A stretch of 64,000 nt of DNA from Nanobdellota archaeon (GCA_021802105.1 JAKAAW010000002.1:993-64992); one strand, 5' to 3'; counted from the first letter of the stretch, positions 42,697 through 53,092 are shown. The notes: generated by a model not told the origin, from the sequence alone. Translations and numbers: made by a program.

Positions 42697-44217
42697 TTAT
42701 CTGTTTCTTCTGTTCTTCCCCTTCTTATACTCTGGTATAGTAAACCTGTTCCAGAAGAGCTTGTGCAGCCGGAGCTTATCTGGTATCTTATTCAGGTATG
42801 GTATAAACGGAAATAGTATCAGCAGCACAAAGAAACCCAACGCTATCATGCCTCCATCGAAATCTGCGTTTGGATCATTACTGAGTATCGTTATATCTAG
42901 CAGATTGTATGGGGCGACCCACCAGCTGCCGGGCGGCCACAGTCCCGGGTTGTTTTTTATCATACCGAATTGCTGAAGCTGCAGTCCATCCTTAGTCGCA
43001 ATTGTATTCATTGTCCCAGTGTCTGAAAGGAATCTTAGGATGTATGTCTGGTCAAAACCGCTTGTTTCCTGGTAGCTTAGACTGCTCTGGTACAGACCGC
43101 TCTTAGCCATCAGGACCAGAGAGCTTATCACAGCTATCAGAGGATTGCTTGGATTGACAGAGGCATTTATTGTACCATTATCTCTAAAATAGGCATAAGC
43201 GCTGTTTATGTTTGTAGACTGCTCTGATATATTCTCGGAGTTGAAGAGGGCTTCCGCGTCCGTGCTGCCCGAAATGTTGATGTACTGATTATAAGGTATG
43301 GTCACATAAACGGTGCGTGTGTTAAAGGTGTAGGGATCTATAGTGTCTAGATACGTGGCTGTGCCGGATGTGTGGTTGAATTCCTGCAAGAGAGTCATAG
43401 CTACTATGTTTGGAGAAGATTGTGCGACACTCTGTATTGTGACAGGTGCCACATAAGGTGCCCTGAAGAAAAGCGCGAAAAGAATTATTATGGCAGTCAG
43501 AACGAGCGCCCTTTGATATAACTTCTTGTGGCTTGCTTCTACCATAGAGTAAGGGATATCGTTTCGATAAGGAGTAGATATTCCTCTCCTCTTGACTAGC
43601 GAGAAGTGCACAGCTATAAGTATCATAAGTATAAGCGGTATTATAGCTATATGCCACCCATATAACGCCCCCCAATTCAGAGGGTTTACCCAATAGCCGA
43701 GTCCGATGCCGTTCCAGAGATCAGCCGCCGATAAATCGTTCCATTGAGATACAAAATCACCTCTTATACCCAGGCCGAAAGCTTCCTCCAAAAGCACCAA
43801 AAATAGGAGGATAGAGCCTACCATCCAGACTAGCTTTCTCTTTAAGAAAGCTGACGTGGAAAACGTGACGAAGACATGCAAAATGAGAATGGTTCCAAAC
43901 GCAAACGCCGCCCACATGTGTATGCTCCTTACAAAAGTCCCCCATGTTGTCGTGTTCCACCAGAACGGACCAAAAATAACCATTATTATCCCAGATAGGG
44001 CGAGTATTACAAAAGTTACAAGAAGAAGAAATCCAAGAGAATAGAACACGCTGTTCCCATATGATGGTACTTTCCTTATGTAAACGGATTGCACGAGTCC
44101 TTTTATCTCACCGAGCAACGACGGGTCCTCTTCTTTTCTTTTTCTTGCGCGACTTGGCATATAGCTATCTAATAAAGGATTATCTAAGAATTTAAGGGTT
44201 TTAGCCGCCGTTTTCAT
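42697..44217 (-). CDS. Cytochrome b-family membrane protein fused to a large C-terminal extracytoplasmic domain
   Basis: FVRSIHMWAAFAFGTILILHVF and YGWHIAIIPLILMILIAVHF give two His pairs with cytochrome b spacing. The C-terminal roughly 250 aa are Ser/Asn/Thr-rich and end in a final TM helix. Confidence 0.6.
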   Translation of the reverse strand: MKTAAKTLKFLDNPLLDSYMPSRARKRKEEDPSLLGEIKGLVQSVYIRKVPSYGNSVFYSLGFLLLVTFVILALSGIIMVIFGPFWWNTTTWGTFVRSIHMWAAFAFGTILILHVFVTFSTSAFLKRKLVWMVGSILLFLVLLEEAFGLGIRGDFVSQWNDLSAADLWNGIGLGYWVNPLNWGALYGWHIAIIPLILMILIAVHFSLVKRRGISTPYRNDIPYSMVEASHKKLYQRALVLTAIIILFALFFRAPYVAPVTIQSVAQSSPNIVAMTLLQEFNHTSGTATYLDTIDPYTFNTRTVYVTIPYNQYINISGSTDAEALFNSENISEQSTNINSAYAYFRDNGTINASVNPSNPLIAVISSLVLMAKSGLYQSSLSYQETSGFDQTYILRFLSDTGTMNTIATKDGLQLQQFGMIKNNPGLWPPGSWWVAPYNLLDITILSNDPNADFDGGMIALGFFVLLILFPFIPYLNKIPDKLRLHKLFWNRFTIPEYKKGKNRRNR

Positions 44218-44237
44218 TATGGGATGAATAGTAACTC

Positions 44238-44288
44238 TTGTGACATCCTCCTACCTCTAAAGAGATGGGTTTTCCCTGATTAGGTCGA
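44238..44288 (-). repeat. Copy C (core only) of the three-copy intergenic element
   Basis: The reverse complement reads TCGACCTAATCAGGGAAAACCCATCTCTTTAGAGGTAGGAGGATGTCACAA. It ends about 20 nt upstream of the ATG (44217) of the cytochrome b-like gene. Confidence 0.55.
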
Positions 44289-44452
44289 TAAAATTTGTAA
44301 ACCAGTCCAATACCGACGATTTGGTCATGCTTCGGGAAATAGCACGTCGATGACATCTTATTTTTTAGTAGTGCCCGGCGGAAAAAGCTGGTAAGCGGTG
44401 TAGGAAGTGGGAAATTTAAAAAGAATAAAAAAGACGGCTGTTTCAGATTGAT

Positions 44453-45229
44453 ATGCCAGAAATAAGTATAATATCAAAGAGAAACTATTCGAAACTGAAA
44501 AAACTGTACAAATCTTTTAGTGTTTCCAAGAGTGGAAGCATCTGCCTTGCGATAGGGGGCGACGGAACCTTCATCAAAGCCGCTAGCGAATTTGAAGGAC
44601 CTATACTTCCTATAAGGAGTAATGAGAAAAACAGCACTGGATATTATGCTGATGTAAGTCTTGACGATATGGACAGGGTTATAGACTGTCTCAAGAAGAA
44701 AAGATATAATATAGAGGAACTCAGCAGAAAGATAGAGCTGACCTACGACGGGAAAAGATATTATGGGGTGAACGAGATTCTGTTGAGGAACGTGCGCGAG
44801 GAGATATATTTCAGGCTTAATTATAGAGAGCATGGCGAACTCAAGAGTCTCTATCCTTACATAATCAGCGGGGATGGTTTTCTGGTCACCACAAACGTGG
44901 GTTCTACTGCTTATAACAGGACCTCCAATGGGCCTATAATATTGGATAATAGGGTGTTATGCCTTACTCCTCTATCAATAGAGAATCCTCTCAGGAACCC
45001 TATAATCTTGAGAAACGATGAAATAATAGAGGCAACGGTAGAGAAGGGAAGAGGAGAACTCAGCTTTGACGGTATAGGCGTGGCCAGTGTGGGAATGGGT
45101 AGCAAATTCTCGATAAGACTTTCAAACAAGAGGGTAAACATAGTGAAACTTGACGGAATGAAGGAAGACTTCTCCGAGAAGCTCCTGAGGATAATAAAGA
45201 GCAAGATGAACGAGAACCATGTCGCGTAA
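44453..45229 (+). CDS. nadK: NAD kinase
   Basis: GGDGTFIKAA, NEILL, SGDGFLVTTNVGSTAYNRTSNGPIL. Confidence 0.85.
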   Translation: MPEISIISKRNYSKLKKLYKSFSVSKSGSICLAIGGDGTFIKAASEFEGPILPIRSNEKNSTGYYADVSLDDMDRVIDCLKKKRYNIEELSRKIELTYDGKRYYGVNEILLRNVREEIYFRLNYREHGELKSLYPYIISGDGFLVTTNVGSTAYNRTSNGPIILDNRVLCLTPLSIENPLRNPIILRNDEIIEATVEKGRGELSFDGIGVASVGMGSKFSIRLSNKRVNIVKLDGMKEDFSEKLLRIIKSKMNENHVA

Positions 45230-46032
45230 AATCTGCAAAGCTTATAAATTCTGCCAGTCTTATAATAGCATGGAGTCGGGCGAAACGTATAGATTTTCTG
45301 TAAATAGGCCTATTCATAAGAATAATAATAACTGGTAATAATCACCAGTTGAGTGTTCGCAAATAGTTTTAGTCGTACGCTTATTTTGGATTTTTGGTAT
45401 TTTTTCCGCCGCAAGAAAACAAAAGGAGGTCTAAAATGGAAGGAGATGTTGGGAGAGGAATGAGTGGATCGTCGGTGCTTATTGCACAAGGTCTCGCAGT
45501 AGAATACAGAAGGCCATACAACCACAGGTACAACAGCTCATGGCCTATTAAGACTCTCCTTGGGTCTCCTAGAGATTCTATCTAGTGCGCAGGAAAGCCA
45601 GGTTTTTGGTGGCATGGCGTTTATTTTCCGGGAAATCGCTGTGTCTCCAGCACTGGCGATAGCTTCGCTGGTGATAAGTTTGGCCATGTTTCTGGTGCTG
45701 GAAAAAACTGAAGGAGGTGGGGAGTATATCTGCACGCTATTTGTGTTTTTGTTATTTATACAGGTATCTGTGCTAGGTTAGGCAGTAGACCCGATGATTC
45801 TTTTGATGAGGGTCTGTGCGCTTCTTCCAGAAGGAGATAAAGAGTACAATTTGGACTGTGTGCATGGAAAAGAAAATAGTATAATAACTTTAGCGGCTTC
45901 TAGGATGGGTAATCGCAATGTACGTGTTCAAGCAGAAACGATTACGATAATCTCAACTTGATACTGAGCCTTTTGGATAGTATCCCTTTCTAATTGGAAA
46001 AGGCTTAAATATTTCCGTGTAGTATCCTAGGT

Positions 46033-46434
46033 ATGGTTAGTAGCAGCGCTAAGCGACCTCATAAGAAACATCCGTCGTCTAAAAAATCAGCTGCAGTCAG
46101 ACATGCTGCATCTTTGAGAAAAATATCTGAGGAGAGGGATCTCCATAATATGATAAGACTCATAGGCGCGCTGTTCCCGGAGAGACGAGATAAGGACACT
46201 AAAAAAGCCCTAATGGCACTTTCAGACCTGTCAAAAAAGAGAGGGTTCAAAAGCCTTTACGGCGTTGTACAGGGATTGCTCGCAGAAAATCTGAGTTCCA
46301 GAAACTTGGAGAAAGCATCCGACATCGTTACTAATCTGTTCAAGAAGGAATCTGGCATTGACCTTGCTGAAAAACAACATCCAAAACACCAAAAGAAAGT
46401 TATATCTGCTAGGGACCTATTGAAAGGACTCTAA
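46033..46434 (+). CDS. Hypothetical basic protein (133 aa)
   Basis: ORF with a Lys/Ser-rich N-terminus. No motif recognised. Confidence 0.4.
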   Translation: MVSSSAKRPHKKHPSSKKSAAVRHAASLRKISEERDLHNMIRLIGALFPERRDKDTKKALMALSDLSKKRGFKSLYGVVQGLLAENLSSRNLEKASDIVTNLFKKESGIDLAEKQHPKHQKKVISARDLLKGL

Positions 46435-46640
46435 ATATAGCAAACAGTCGCAGGGTATCACAATAAGCTCTTTTGTTAATCTCAGGCTTATCTTAAGGAT
46501 ATCAGATTTAAACTCTCTTTTGGATAGCTTACGCATATCTTATGAGAGCATCTTTATTCTAATACAGCGTGAAATCATTGCCTGATACTAATATCTTAAT
46601 TTGTGTGTAGATATTTATTATCCTATCTTATACAGTATCT

Positions 46641-49376
46641 ATGGTCGATTACGATTTCAAGAAAATAGAAGAAAAATGGCAGGAAGAATGGCGCAAAGAG
46701 AGGCTCTTTGAACCTGAGGTAGACACAGCACAGAAAAAGATATTCATCTCTGTCCCGATACCTTATCCCAGCGGCCAGCTTCATCTGGGGCATATGTACA
46801 CATGGGGAAGAGCGGACGTTTACGCCAGGTTTATGAGGATGAGGGGCTACAATGTGCTGTTTCCACAGGCTTTCCACTTCACGGGTGGGCCTATAATGGG
46901 GCTGCGTGACCTAGTAAAAAGAGGGGACCAGAAGACGTTGGACAGACTCAGAGCCCAAGGGGTCTCGGAAGAGGATATAAAGAAGTTCGGGGAGGATGCG
47001 AAGTACATATGTCAATATTTCTCAAAAAAGGCCATGGACGATCTTACTTCGGCAGGCATGTCGATAGACTGGAGAAGAAGGTTCTTTACTACACAGCTTA
47101 ATCCTTATTACTCAAAATTCATAGAATGGCAGTTCAGAAAACTGAAAGATTTGGGTGTAGTGTACAAAGGAACCCATCCTGTAGTATGGTGCCCCAACGA
47201 GAAAACGCCCATAGGGGACCATGATAGATCTGAAGGTGAGGGAGAATCTCCTGTAAGGTACACAATAATAAAGTTCACAATCGGAAACGTGATTCTTCCT
47301 GCTGCCACTCTTAGACCAGAAACGGTTTACGGCGCCACAAACCTATGGATAAACCTAAAAGGAGAGTACCTAAAACTCGATGTAAACGGAGAAGAATGGA
47401 TAGTCGTAAAATCGGCAAAAGAAAAGCTAGAGAGCCAGCTAAAGAACGTGAAAGACCTCGGTTACTTCGACGTAAGCGAGATACTCAACAAAACAGTTAG
47501 AAATCCCGTAACAAACGAGGAGATTCCTGTGTTTTCTGCTGATTTCGTTGACATGAAGATGGGAACAGGGGTAGTTATGAGCGTACCAATGCATGCACCG
47601 TTTGATCTCGATGCGCTTGACAGATTGGTGCAGGAAAATCTTTCGTCAATAAAGCCTATACGAGTTGTGAACGTAGCTGGCGAGGACAACTTGGTCGAAG
47701 CATCAATAAAGAAATTTGGAAAAACGAAAGAGGGGCTGGAGAAAGCCACAAGATTCGTCTATAAAGAGGAGTTAAACAAGGGCGTGATGGCCGAAAACTG
47801 CGGAGATATAAGCGGTCTGCGGGTCGCTGAAGGCAGGGAAAAAATAGAGGGCGTCCTAAAAGAAATCAACGCCAACGACAGCATATACGAGATAACCGGC
47901 AGGGTAGTTTGCAGGTGCGGTTATGAGGGGATAGTGAAGGTGGTGGAGAATCAGTGGTTCCTAAAATATTCTGATCTCTCTTGGAAGGAACTCGGGCGAA
48001 AGATGATAGAACGAATGAACATTTACCCTGAGGAACTCAAGACACAGTTCCTAGCCGTTATAGACTGGCTGGATGACAAGGCTGCGACAAGGAATGGGGG
48101 GCTTGGCACTCCACTGCCGTGGGATGAAAGTCAGGTGGTAGAGCCCCTTAGCGACTCCACTATATATATGGCATATTACACCATAGCTCACCTGATAGAG
48201 AATATCCCTATAAAGGATATAAATGACCAGCTGTTTGAACACGTTTTCTTCGGCAAGGAGACAAATGACAGGAAACACGAGAAGATTATAAAGAGGATGA
48301 GAAATGAATTCGAGTACTGGTATCCTCTTGATATGAGAATAACAGCAAAGGAGCACATAACGAACCACCTACCTTTCTTTATAATGAACCACGCAATTCT
48401 ATTCCCCGAGAGCAAGTGGCCAAGAGCCATAGCGGTTAACGGCTGGCTCACGATAAACATGGAAAAACTATCTAAATCTAAGCATGCCGCCCTCACGATA
48501 GAGAAGCACGTCAGGGAATATGGGGCTGATAGGTTGAGACTTGTAGTCGGAGCGGGAGAAAAGATAGACGATGCGAACTGGAGCACAGACAATATAAATG
48601 GACTGGATCAGAGAATAGGATTCCTCATGCAGACTGCTGAGATGTTAGGCACGTTCGGCGACGAGATAAAGATGATTGATGAATACCTAAAATCGGCTCT
48701 GAACAATATAATTCAAAAGACTACGGAGAACTATGAGTCTCTCAATCTTAGGACTGGACTATTCTACGCCCTGTACGAATCTATAACATCTATAAAATTA
48801 TATCTGGATCTTGGAGGTAGGAATAAGGAAAATGTCCGCTGGGCCATTGAAACCGTAACTAAGCTAATTCATCCTGCCTTTCCGTACATTACTGAGGAGA
48901 TATACAGCAGACTCGGCCACAAGGGTCTGATAGAAAAAGAGGACTGGCCCGCTGTTGATAAAGAGGCTGTGAGTGAAGCCGTCGAATCCGAGATAGCCAT
49001 CTTAGAAAAAACAACAGGAGACATTAGAAAGATAATAGCAATGCTAAGAAAGAAAGGAAACAAGCCAAAAGAGATAATACTCACGATTGCTGATAAGAAC
49101 GCTTTTGAAGTATACAACAAGATAGCGGACATAGCTGCTGAAATAAAAGATCCTAATAAGATAAGAGAAAGACTTGGCATAAAAGGGGCGCTAGTCGAAA
49201 GCCTTACAAGCAAAGTGAACAGGTTACCTAACAGAACCCTTTATGCAGAAGAAGAATACAGAGTATTTTCAGAATCCAAAGAATGGTTGGAAAAAACGTT
49301 CGGATGTAAGGTCGAGATAAAGAAAGGAGGAGACGATAAAGCCACACCCGGAAAACCCGCGATAAAGATAATCTAA
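46641..49376 (+). CDS. leuS: Leucyl-tRNA synthetase (archaeal type)
   Basis: PYPSGQLHLGHMYTW (HIGH), KLSKSK (KMSKS), a CP1 editing-domain insertion, and 911 aa. Confidence 0.95.
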   Translation: MVDYDFKKIEEKWQEEWRKERLFEPEVDTAQKKIFISVPIPYPSGQLHLGHMYTWGRADVYARFMRMRGYNVLFPQAFHFTGGPIMGLRDLVKRGDQKTLDRLRAQGVSEEDIKKFGEDAKYICQYFSKKAMDDLTSAGMSIDWRRRFFTTQLNPYYSKFIEWQFRKLKDLGVVYKGTHPVVWCPNEKTPIGDHDRSEGEGESPVRYTIIKFTIGNVILPAATLRPETVYGATNLWINLKGEYLKLDVNGEEWIVVKSAKEKLESQLKNVKDLGYFDVSEILNKTVRNPVTNEEIPVFSADFVDMKMGTGVVMSVPMHAPFDLDALDRLVQENLSSIKPIRVVNVAGEDNLVEASIKKFGKTKEGLEKATRFVYKEELNKGVMAENCGDISGLRVAEGREKIEGVLKEINANDSIYEITGRVVCRCGYEGIVKVVENQWFLKYSDLSWKELGRKMIERMNIYPEELKTQFLAVIDWLDDKAATRNGGLGTPLPWDESQVVEPLSDSTIYMAYYTIAHLIENIPIKDINDQLFEHVFFGKETNDRKHEKIIKRMRNEFEYWYPLDMRITAKEHITNHLPFFIMNHAILFPESKWPRAIAVNGWLTINMEKLSKSKHAALTIEKHVREYGADRLRLVVGAGEKIDDANWSTDNINGLDQRIGFLMQTAEMLGTFGDEIKMIDEYLKSALNNIIQKTTENYESLNLRTGLFYALYESITSIKLYLDLGGRNKENVRWAIETVTKLIHPAFPYITEEIYSRLGHKGLIEKEDWPAVDKEAVSEAVESEIAILEKTTGDIRKIIAMLRKKGNKPKEIILTIADKNAFEVYNKIADIAAEIKDPNKIRERLGIKGALVESLTSKVNRLPNRTLYAEEEYRVFSESKEWLEKTFGCKVEIKKGGDDKATPGKPAIKII

Positions 49377-49481
49377 AAGGAACAACGAAAATCTTTGCGG
49401 CAAATCACTTGCTATTGTGTTTTTGATGGCGAATTAATGTCAATGGCGTTCGCTTTCAAGTTATGCCATTCCTTGGATACA

Positions 49482-50342
49482 TCAATTGAACTCCTTATGT
49501 TCGAACAGTATCAGGCCGGTGACAAGCGACACTATAAAATACCCTATCATTATTATCAGCCCTTCCGGTACGGTAGCGTTATATGAGGTTACAGTTATAC
49601 TCTGACCATGTGGCAGAGGAGCCGCTGTCGTCTGAGTTGATGGAGGATATGGGTTCATAAGAACATTGTTTATTATCTGCGCACCATAAGTGACGATAAA
49701 CCACGGCTCGTAGTGTGCCAGATTCGCCACAAGGCTCTGCATAAGCGAAAAAACAAACAGCATCAGTATTATCGTAACTACTATAGCGGTTGAGTTTGTC
49801 TTGAATATAGAGCTGAAAAAGAATGTCATGCCAATTGCAGTGGCGAGGTAAAGAACTGAGAAGCTAAGAGACTCCCAGAAAAGGTTGGTGACACCACCAA
49901 AATAGTATAAGCCGTTGCCTATAGTCATTGCCGTGAATACTAGAAGCATTATCAGAGCCCCACAGAAAGCTGCCAGAAATTTTCCAAGATATATGCTAGA
50001 GCGTCTTATAGGATTTCCTACTAAAAAATATCCTGTTTTGTTTTGAAATTCGCCAGATATTGCGTCACCGCCGAAAAAAACTGCGGAAAGTATTATTATG
50101 AACGTCACCGTCTCTCCCCACCAGTTTGCATAGAATGACTGTTCGCTGACGAGGAAGCTTTGTGGCCGGTAGTACGCCACTACACCCGTCAGCAGCATGC
50201 CAATCGCTATTGTTATAAGGAGCAGTATGAAAAATCTTCTTGATCTGACGTATTCCAAGAAAGAATACAACATCATAATAGTTATATGATAAAAGCTATT
50301 TGGCACGATAGTTTTCTCCTCAAATTTCAATTTTTGTGCCAT
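49482..50342 (-). CDS. ABC-2-type transporter permease
   Basis: 6 TM helices, located immediately downstream of an ABC ATPase. Confidence 0.7.
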   Translation of the reverse strand: MAQKLKFEEKTIVPNSFYHITIMMLYSFLEYVRSRRFFILLLITIAIGMLLTGVVAYYRPQSFLVSEQSFYANWWGETVTFIIILSAVFFGGDAISGEFQNKTGYFLVGNPIRRSSIYLGKFLAAFCGALIMLLVFTAMTIGNGLYYFGGVTNLFWESLSFSVLYLATAIGMTFFFSSIFKTNSTAIVVTIILMLFVFSLMQSLVANLAHYEPWFIVTYGAQIINNVLMNPYPPSTQTTAAPLPHGQSITVTSYNATVPEGLIIMIGYFIVSLVTGLILFEHKEFN

Positions 50343-50343
50343 A

Positions 50344-51291
50344 TTAAACTGTCTCCTTAAACATACTAAGATAAGTCTCCTCGAGAGCTGACGAGGACTG
50401 CTTGAACCCTACAATACCAAGCTTTATTCTCACAAGCCTAGACAGTACTTCTTCCTGGCCCTTCAAACCACCTATTACCTGTAATAGAACCGTCTTAGAA
50501 TCAACCTTCTTCACGCTTCTCACGCCTTTTATATTACGCAGCCTGTCTATGGTATCTCCCGTTACAGGGCGGAACAGGTTTACTTCCACCTCGACTGCGC
50601 CGACTTTCGAGAATTTCTCAACTATCTTCTCTATAGGACCGTAAGCTAGCAACTTCCCATGGTTTATCATTGCGACATCATCGCATATTTCTGACACCTC
50701 ACTCAAGAGGTGCGAACTCATGAATATCAGTCTGTTCTCCTTTTTTAGGTCTTTTATGATATCCCTGACCTCGCTCATGCCCCTTGGGTCCAAACCAGAG
50801 GTAGGCTCATCTAGGATAACTATTTCTGGGTTTCCGAGTATGGCCGCAGCTATGTTTATTCTCTGCTTCATACCTTTTGACATTTTCTTTATTTTCTGGT
50901 TAAGTAGCCCTTTCATTTTGACTAGCTCGCTGACATCTTCTACGCTCTTCCTGACCGAAGCTCTGGATATACCTTTTATTTCAGCTATCATAGACAGTGC
51001 CTCTCTTGCACTAAGCGAACCATATATTTCTGGAGTTTCTATGAGAACTCCAACCGATTTCAGCGCCTTCTTTTTTTCTTTATTAACGTCTATTCCGTTT
51101 ATCAGCGCCATGCCTCCAGTCGGTCTGATCATGTCTGTGAATATTTTTAGGGTCGTCGTCTTACCGGCACCGTTAGGGCCTAGAAAACCAACACATTTTG
51201 AACCCTCTAATTTCAGATTCAGTTTTGACAATGCTGTGAACGAACCGTACTTTTTCGTCAAGTTTATAGCTTCAAGAGAAGGTAAGGTCAT
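50344..51291 (-). CDS. ABC transporter ATP-binding protein (ABC-2/drug-exporter type)
   Basis: GPNGAGKTTTLKI, MSKGMKQRINIAAAIL, VILDEPTSGLD. Confidence 0.9.
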   Translation of the reverse strand: MTLPSLEAINLTKKYGSFTALSKLNLKLEGSKCVGFLGPNGAGKTTTLKIFTDMIRPTGGMALINGIDVNKEKKKALKSVGVLIETPEIYGSLSAREALSMIAEIKGISRASVRKSVEDVSELVKMKGLLNQKIKKMSKGMKQRINIAAAILGNPEIVILDEPTSGLDPRGMSEVRDIIKDLKKENRLIFMSSHLLSEVSEICDDVAMINHGKLLAYGPIEKIVEKFSKVGAVEVEVNLFRPVTGDTIDRLRNIKGVRSVKKVDSKTVLLQVIGGLKGQEEVLSRLVRIKLGIVGFKQSSSALEETYLSMFKETV

Positions 51292-51324
51292 ATTATGACT
51301 TGTCTCTCTTTGTATAAAAATGCC

Positions 51325-52746
51325 CTATCTGACTGCAGCGCGTCGCTTCTCTTTCCCTTTTAGGAAGGAAAACATCCCTGCCACGAATAGGACGAAAAGA
51401 GAGGCTAGAAGTGCAGCATGTAGGCCTACTACAAATTCACTCGATATATTTCCTATTACGTGTGATGTTCCGATGAAGATGCTGAATGCCACGCTCCTTG
51501 GTATTGCGAAAGCAGCTATTGAAATCGTCAGAACAAAACTCATGAGAGCACCTATGCTGCCCATCGTCCTCAAGAGCCCAGAAGTAGCACCATATGCCGT
51601 TTTCTCCGCGTTCGCCATGACCGCGCTGTTGTTAGCAGGATAGAACATCGCAGCGCCTATACCTGACATTATCGATGCGCCTATTATCAGGAACACATAG
51701 TCGGGAGTTAATGCGCTCAGTGACAGATAGACCATCACAGCAGCTACCATCAGCGCCACGCCTATAGTCGTAAGCGCCCTCGATCCAAATCTGTCTGAAA
51801 ATTTTCCCATTATTGGCGCGAGAAAACTGCTGAGTATATAGCCAGGGATGAGTATTACTGACGCATAGAGAGGGGTCAACCCTCTGACGCCCTGCAGGTA
51901 CATTATTATCATGAAAAGGACGGATAAGTAACCAAGACTCTGGAAGAAGGAGGCCGTTATCGAAAAGCGTAACACCCTATTCTTGAAAGCGTCAAAATCA
52001 AGCATAGGGGCGTCTGTGTGTTTTTCCCATGCTACAAAGAACGGGATTAGGATAAGACCTGCTGCTATCAGGCCGGCGTTAAAAAGAGTTAAAGATTCGG
52101 ATACAAAATCTATCGCACCATACACCACAAACATCAGCAGGGTGGTAAGAAGTGCCATACCTGCATAATCTAGCCTTCTTTTCTGCCCGGCGTTGTTAGT
52201 TATATACTTAAGACCAAATGCAAACGCCACTATCCCTATAGGCACGTTTATGAAGAATATATACCTCCATCCGAGAAAGGTCGTTATCAGTCCGCCTAGT
52301 ACTATCCCCAACGTAGCTCCCATATTCCAGCCAAGTGCAAGGAAACCATATGCCCTTCCTCTTTTGTTAGGTTCAAAAGTGTCCGCTATTATAGCCCCGC
52401 TGTTGGCCGTTATCATTGCGCCTCCCACGGCCTGAATGGCCCTGAAGGCGATGAGTGAGACGTCAGAAAAAGCGAAACCACACAGTGCGGATCCAATGGT
52501 GAACGTGAGGAAACCCAGATTGAATATTCTGCTCCTCCCATATATATCCCCTATTTTACCCAGCTGCGTCATAAAGACGGCGGTTATAAAAAGATATATC
52601 AGTATAACCCACAGGATGTTTACCAGGTTGGAGTGCAGACCTGATACTATGTCTGAAAAAGCAAGAAGTACTATGGTGCTGTCGACAGCGGCCATAAGAG
52701 TACCGACCATTAATATAGCGACTATAATATTCTGTTTATTCGCCAT
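51325..52746 (-). CDS. MFS transporter, DHA2 (EmrB/QacA-like, 14-TM) type
   Basis: 14 predicted helices, GKIGDIYGRSR motif, 473 aa. Confidence 0.8.
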   Translation of the reverse strand: MANKQNIIVAILMVGTLMAAVDSTIVLLAFSDIVSGLHSNLVNILWVILIYLFITAVFMTQLGKIGDIYGRSRIFNLGFLTFTIGSALCGFAFSDVSLIAFRAIQAVGGAMITANSGAIIADTFEPNKRGRAYGFLALGWNMGATLGIVLGGLITTFLGWRYIFFINVPIGIVAFAFGLKYITNNAGQKRRLDYAGMALLTTLLMFVVYGAIDFVSESLTLFNAGLIAAGLILIPFFVAWEKHTDAPMLDFDAFKNRVLRFSITASFFQSLGYLSVLFMIIMYLQGVRGLTPLYASVILIPGYILSSFLAPIMGKFSDRFGSRALTTIGVALMVAAVMVYLSLSALTPDYVFLIIGASIMSGIGAAMFYPANNSAVMANAEKTAYGATSGLLRTMGSIGALMSFVLTISIAAFAIPRSVAFSIFIGTSHVIGNISSEFVVGLHAALLASLFVLFVAGMFSFLKGKEKRRAAVR

Positions 52747-52792
52747 TTCTATTACCTAACCAAAGTTCTTATGTCTCTGAAGCATGCTACCC

Positions 52793-53092
52793 TTACAAGA
52801 ATTTTTTCTTTAGAATCTCCATGGCCTCTTTCTCGTCCTTGGCTTCCCCTTTTCTTATCATTTCTAGTATTAAGTAGTTCACTTTTTTCTCAAAATCACC
52901 ATGTCCTTCCGGCTTTCTTTCAACGCTTTTTATTTCAGAAAGAGGCATTTCTCTATGTTCTCCCTTGGTTGTGTCAAGGTATGCCCTACCTCCTTCCACT
53001 TTTTCAAGTTTTCCCGCAGTGCGTTTTTTCCCGTGAAGAAATAGAGTGATTTCAGAGCCGACATATGAAGACAAGATATCCTCAGAGACCAT
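52793..53092 (-). CDS. Hypothetical small protein (99 aa)
   Basis: Clean ORF. The N-terminal half is beta-rich and the C-terminus is helical and charged. Confidence 0.4.
   Translation of the reverse strand: MVSEDILSSYVGSEITLFLHGKKRTAGKLEKVEGGRAYLDTTKGEHREMPLSEIKSVERKPEGHGDFEKKVNYLILEMIRKGEAKDEKEAMEILKKKFL

Noticed and set aside
45500-45610. RNase P RNA-like strings: ACAGAAGGCCATAC (compare CR-IV/V ACAGAAnCCGGCUUA) and CAGGAAAGCCAGG (compare CR-I GAGGAAAGUCC).
   Set aside because: The two motifs are in the wrong 5'-3' order. The CR-I-like string lacks the U. The required flanking region (45240-45400) is AT-rich and unstructured. No AGGGUGAAA or GUAAACC blocks were seen on either strand. The region is kept only as an unresolved candidate ncRNA locus.
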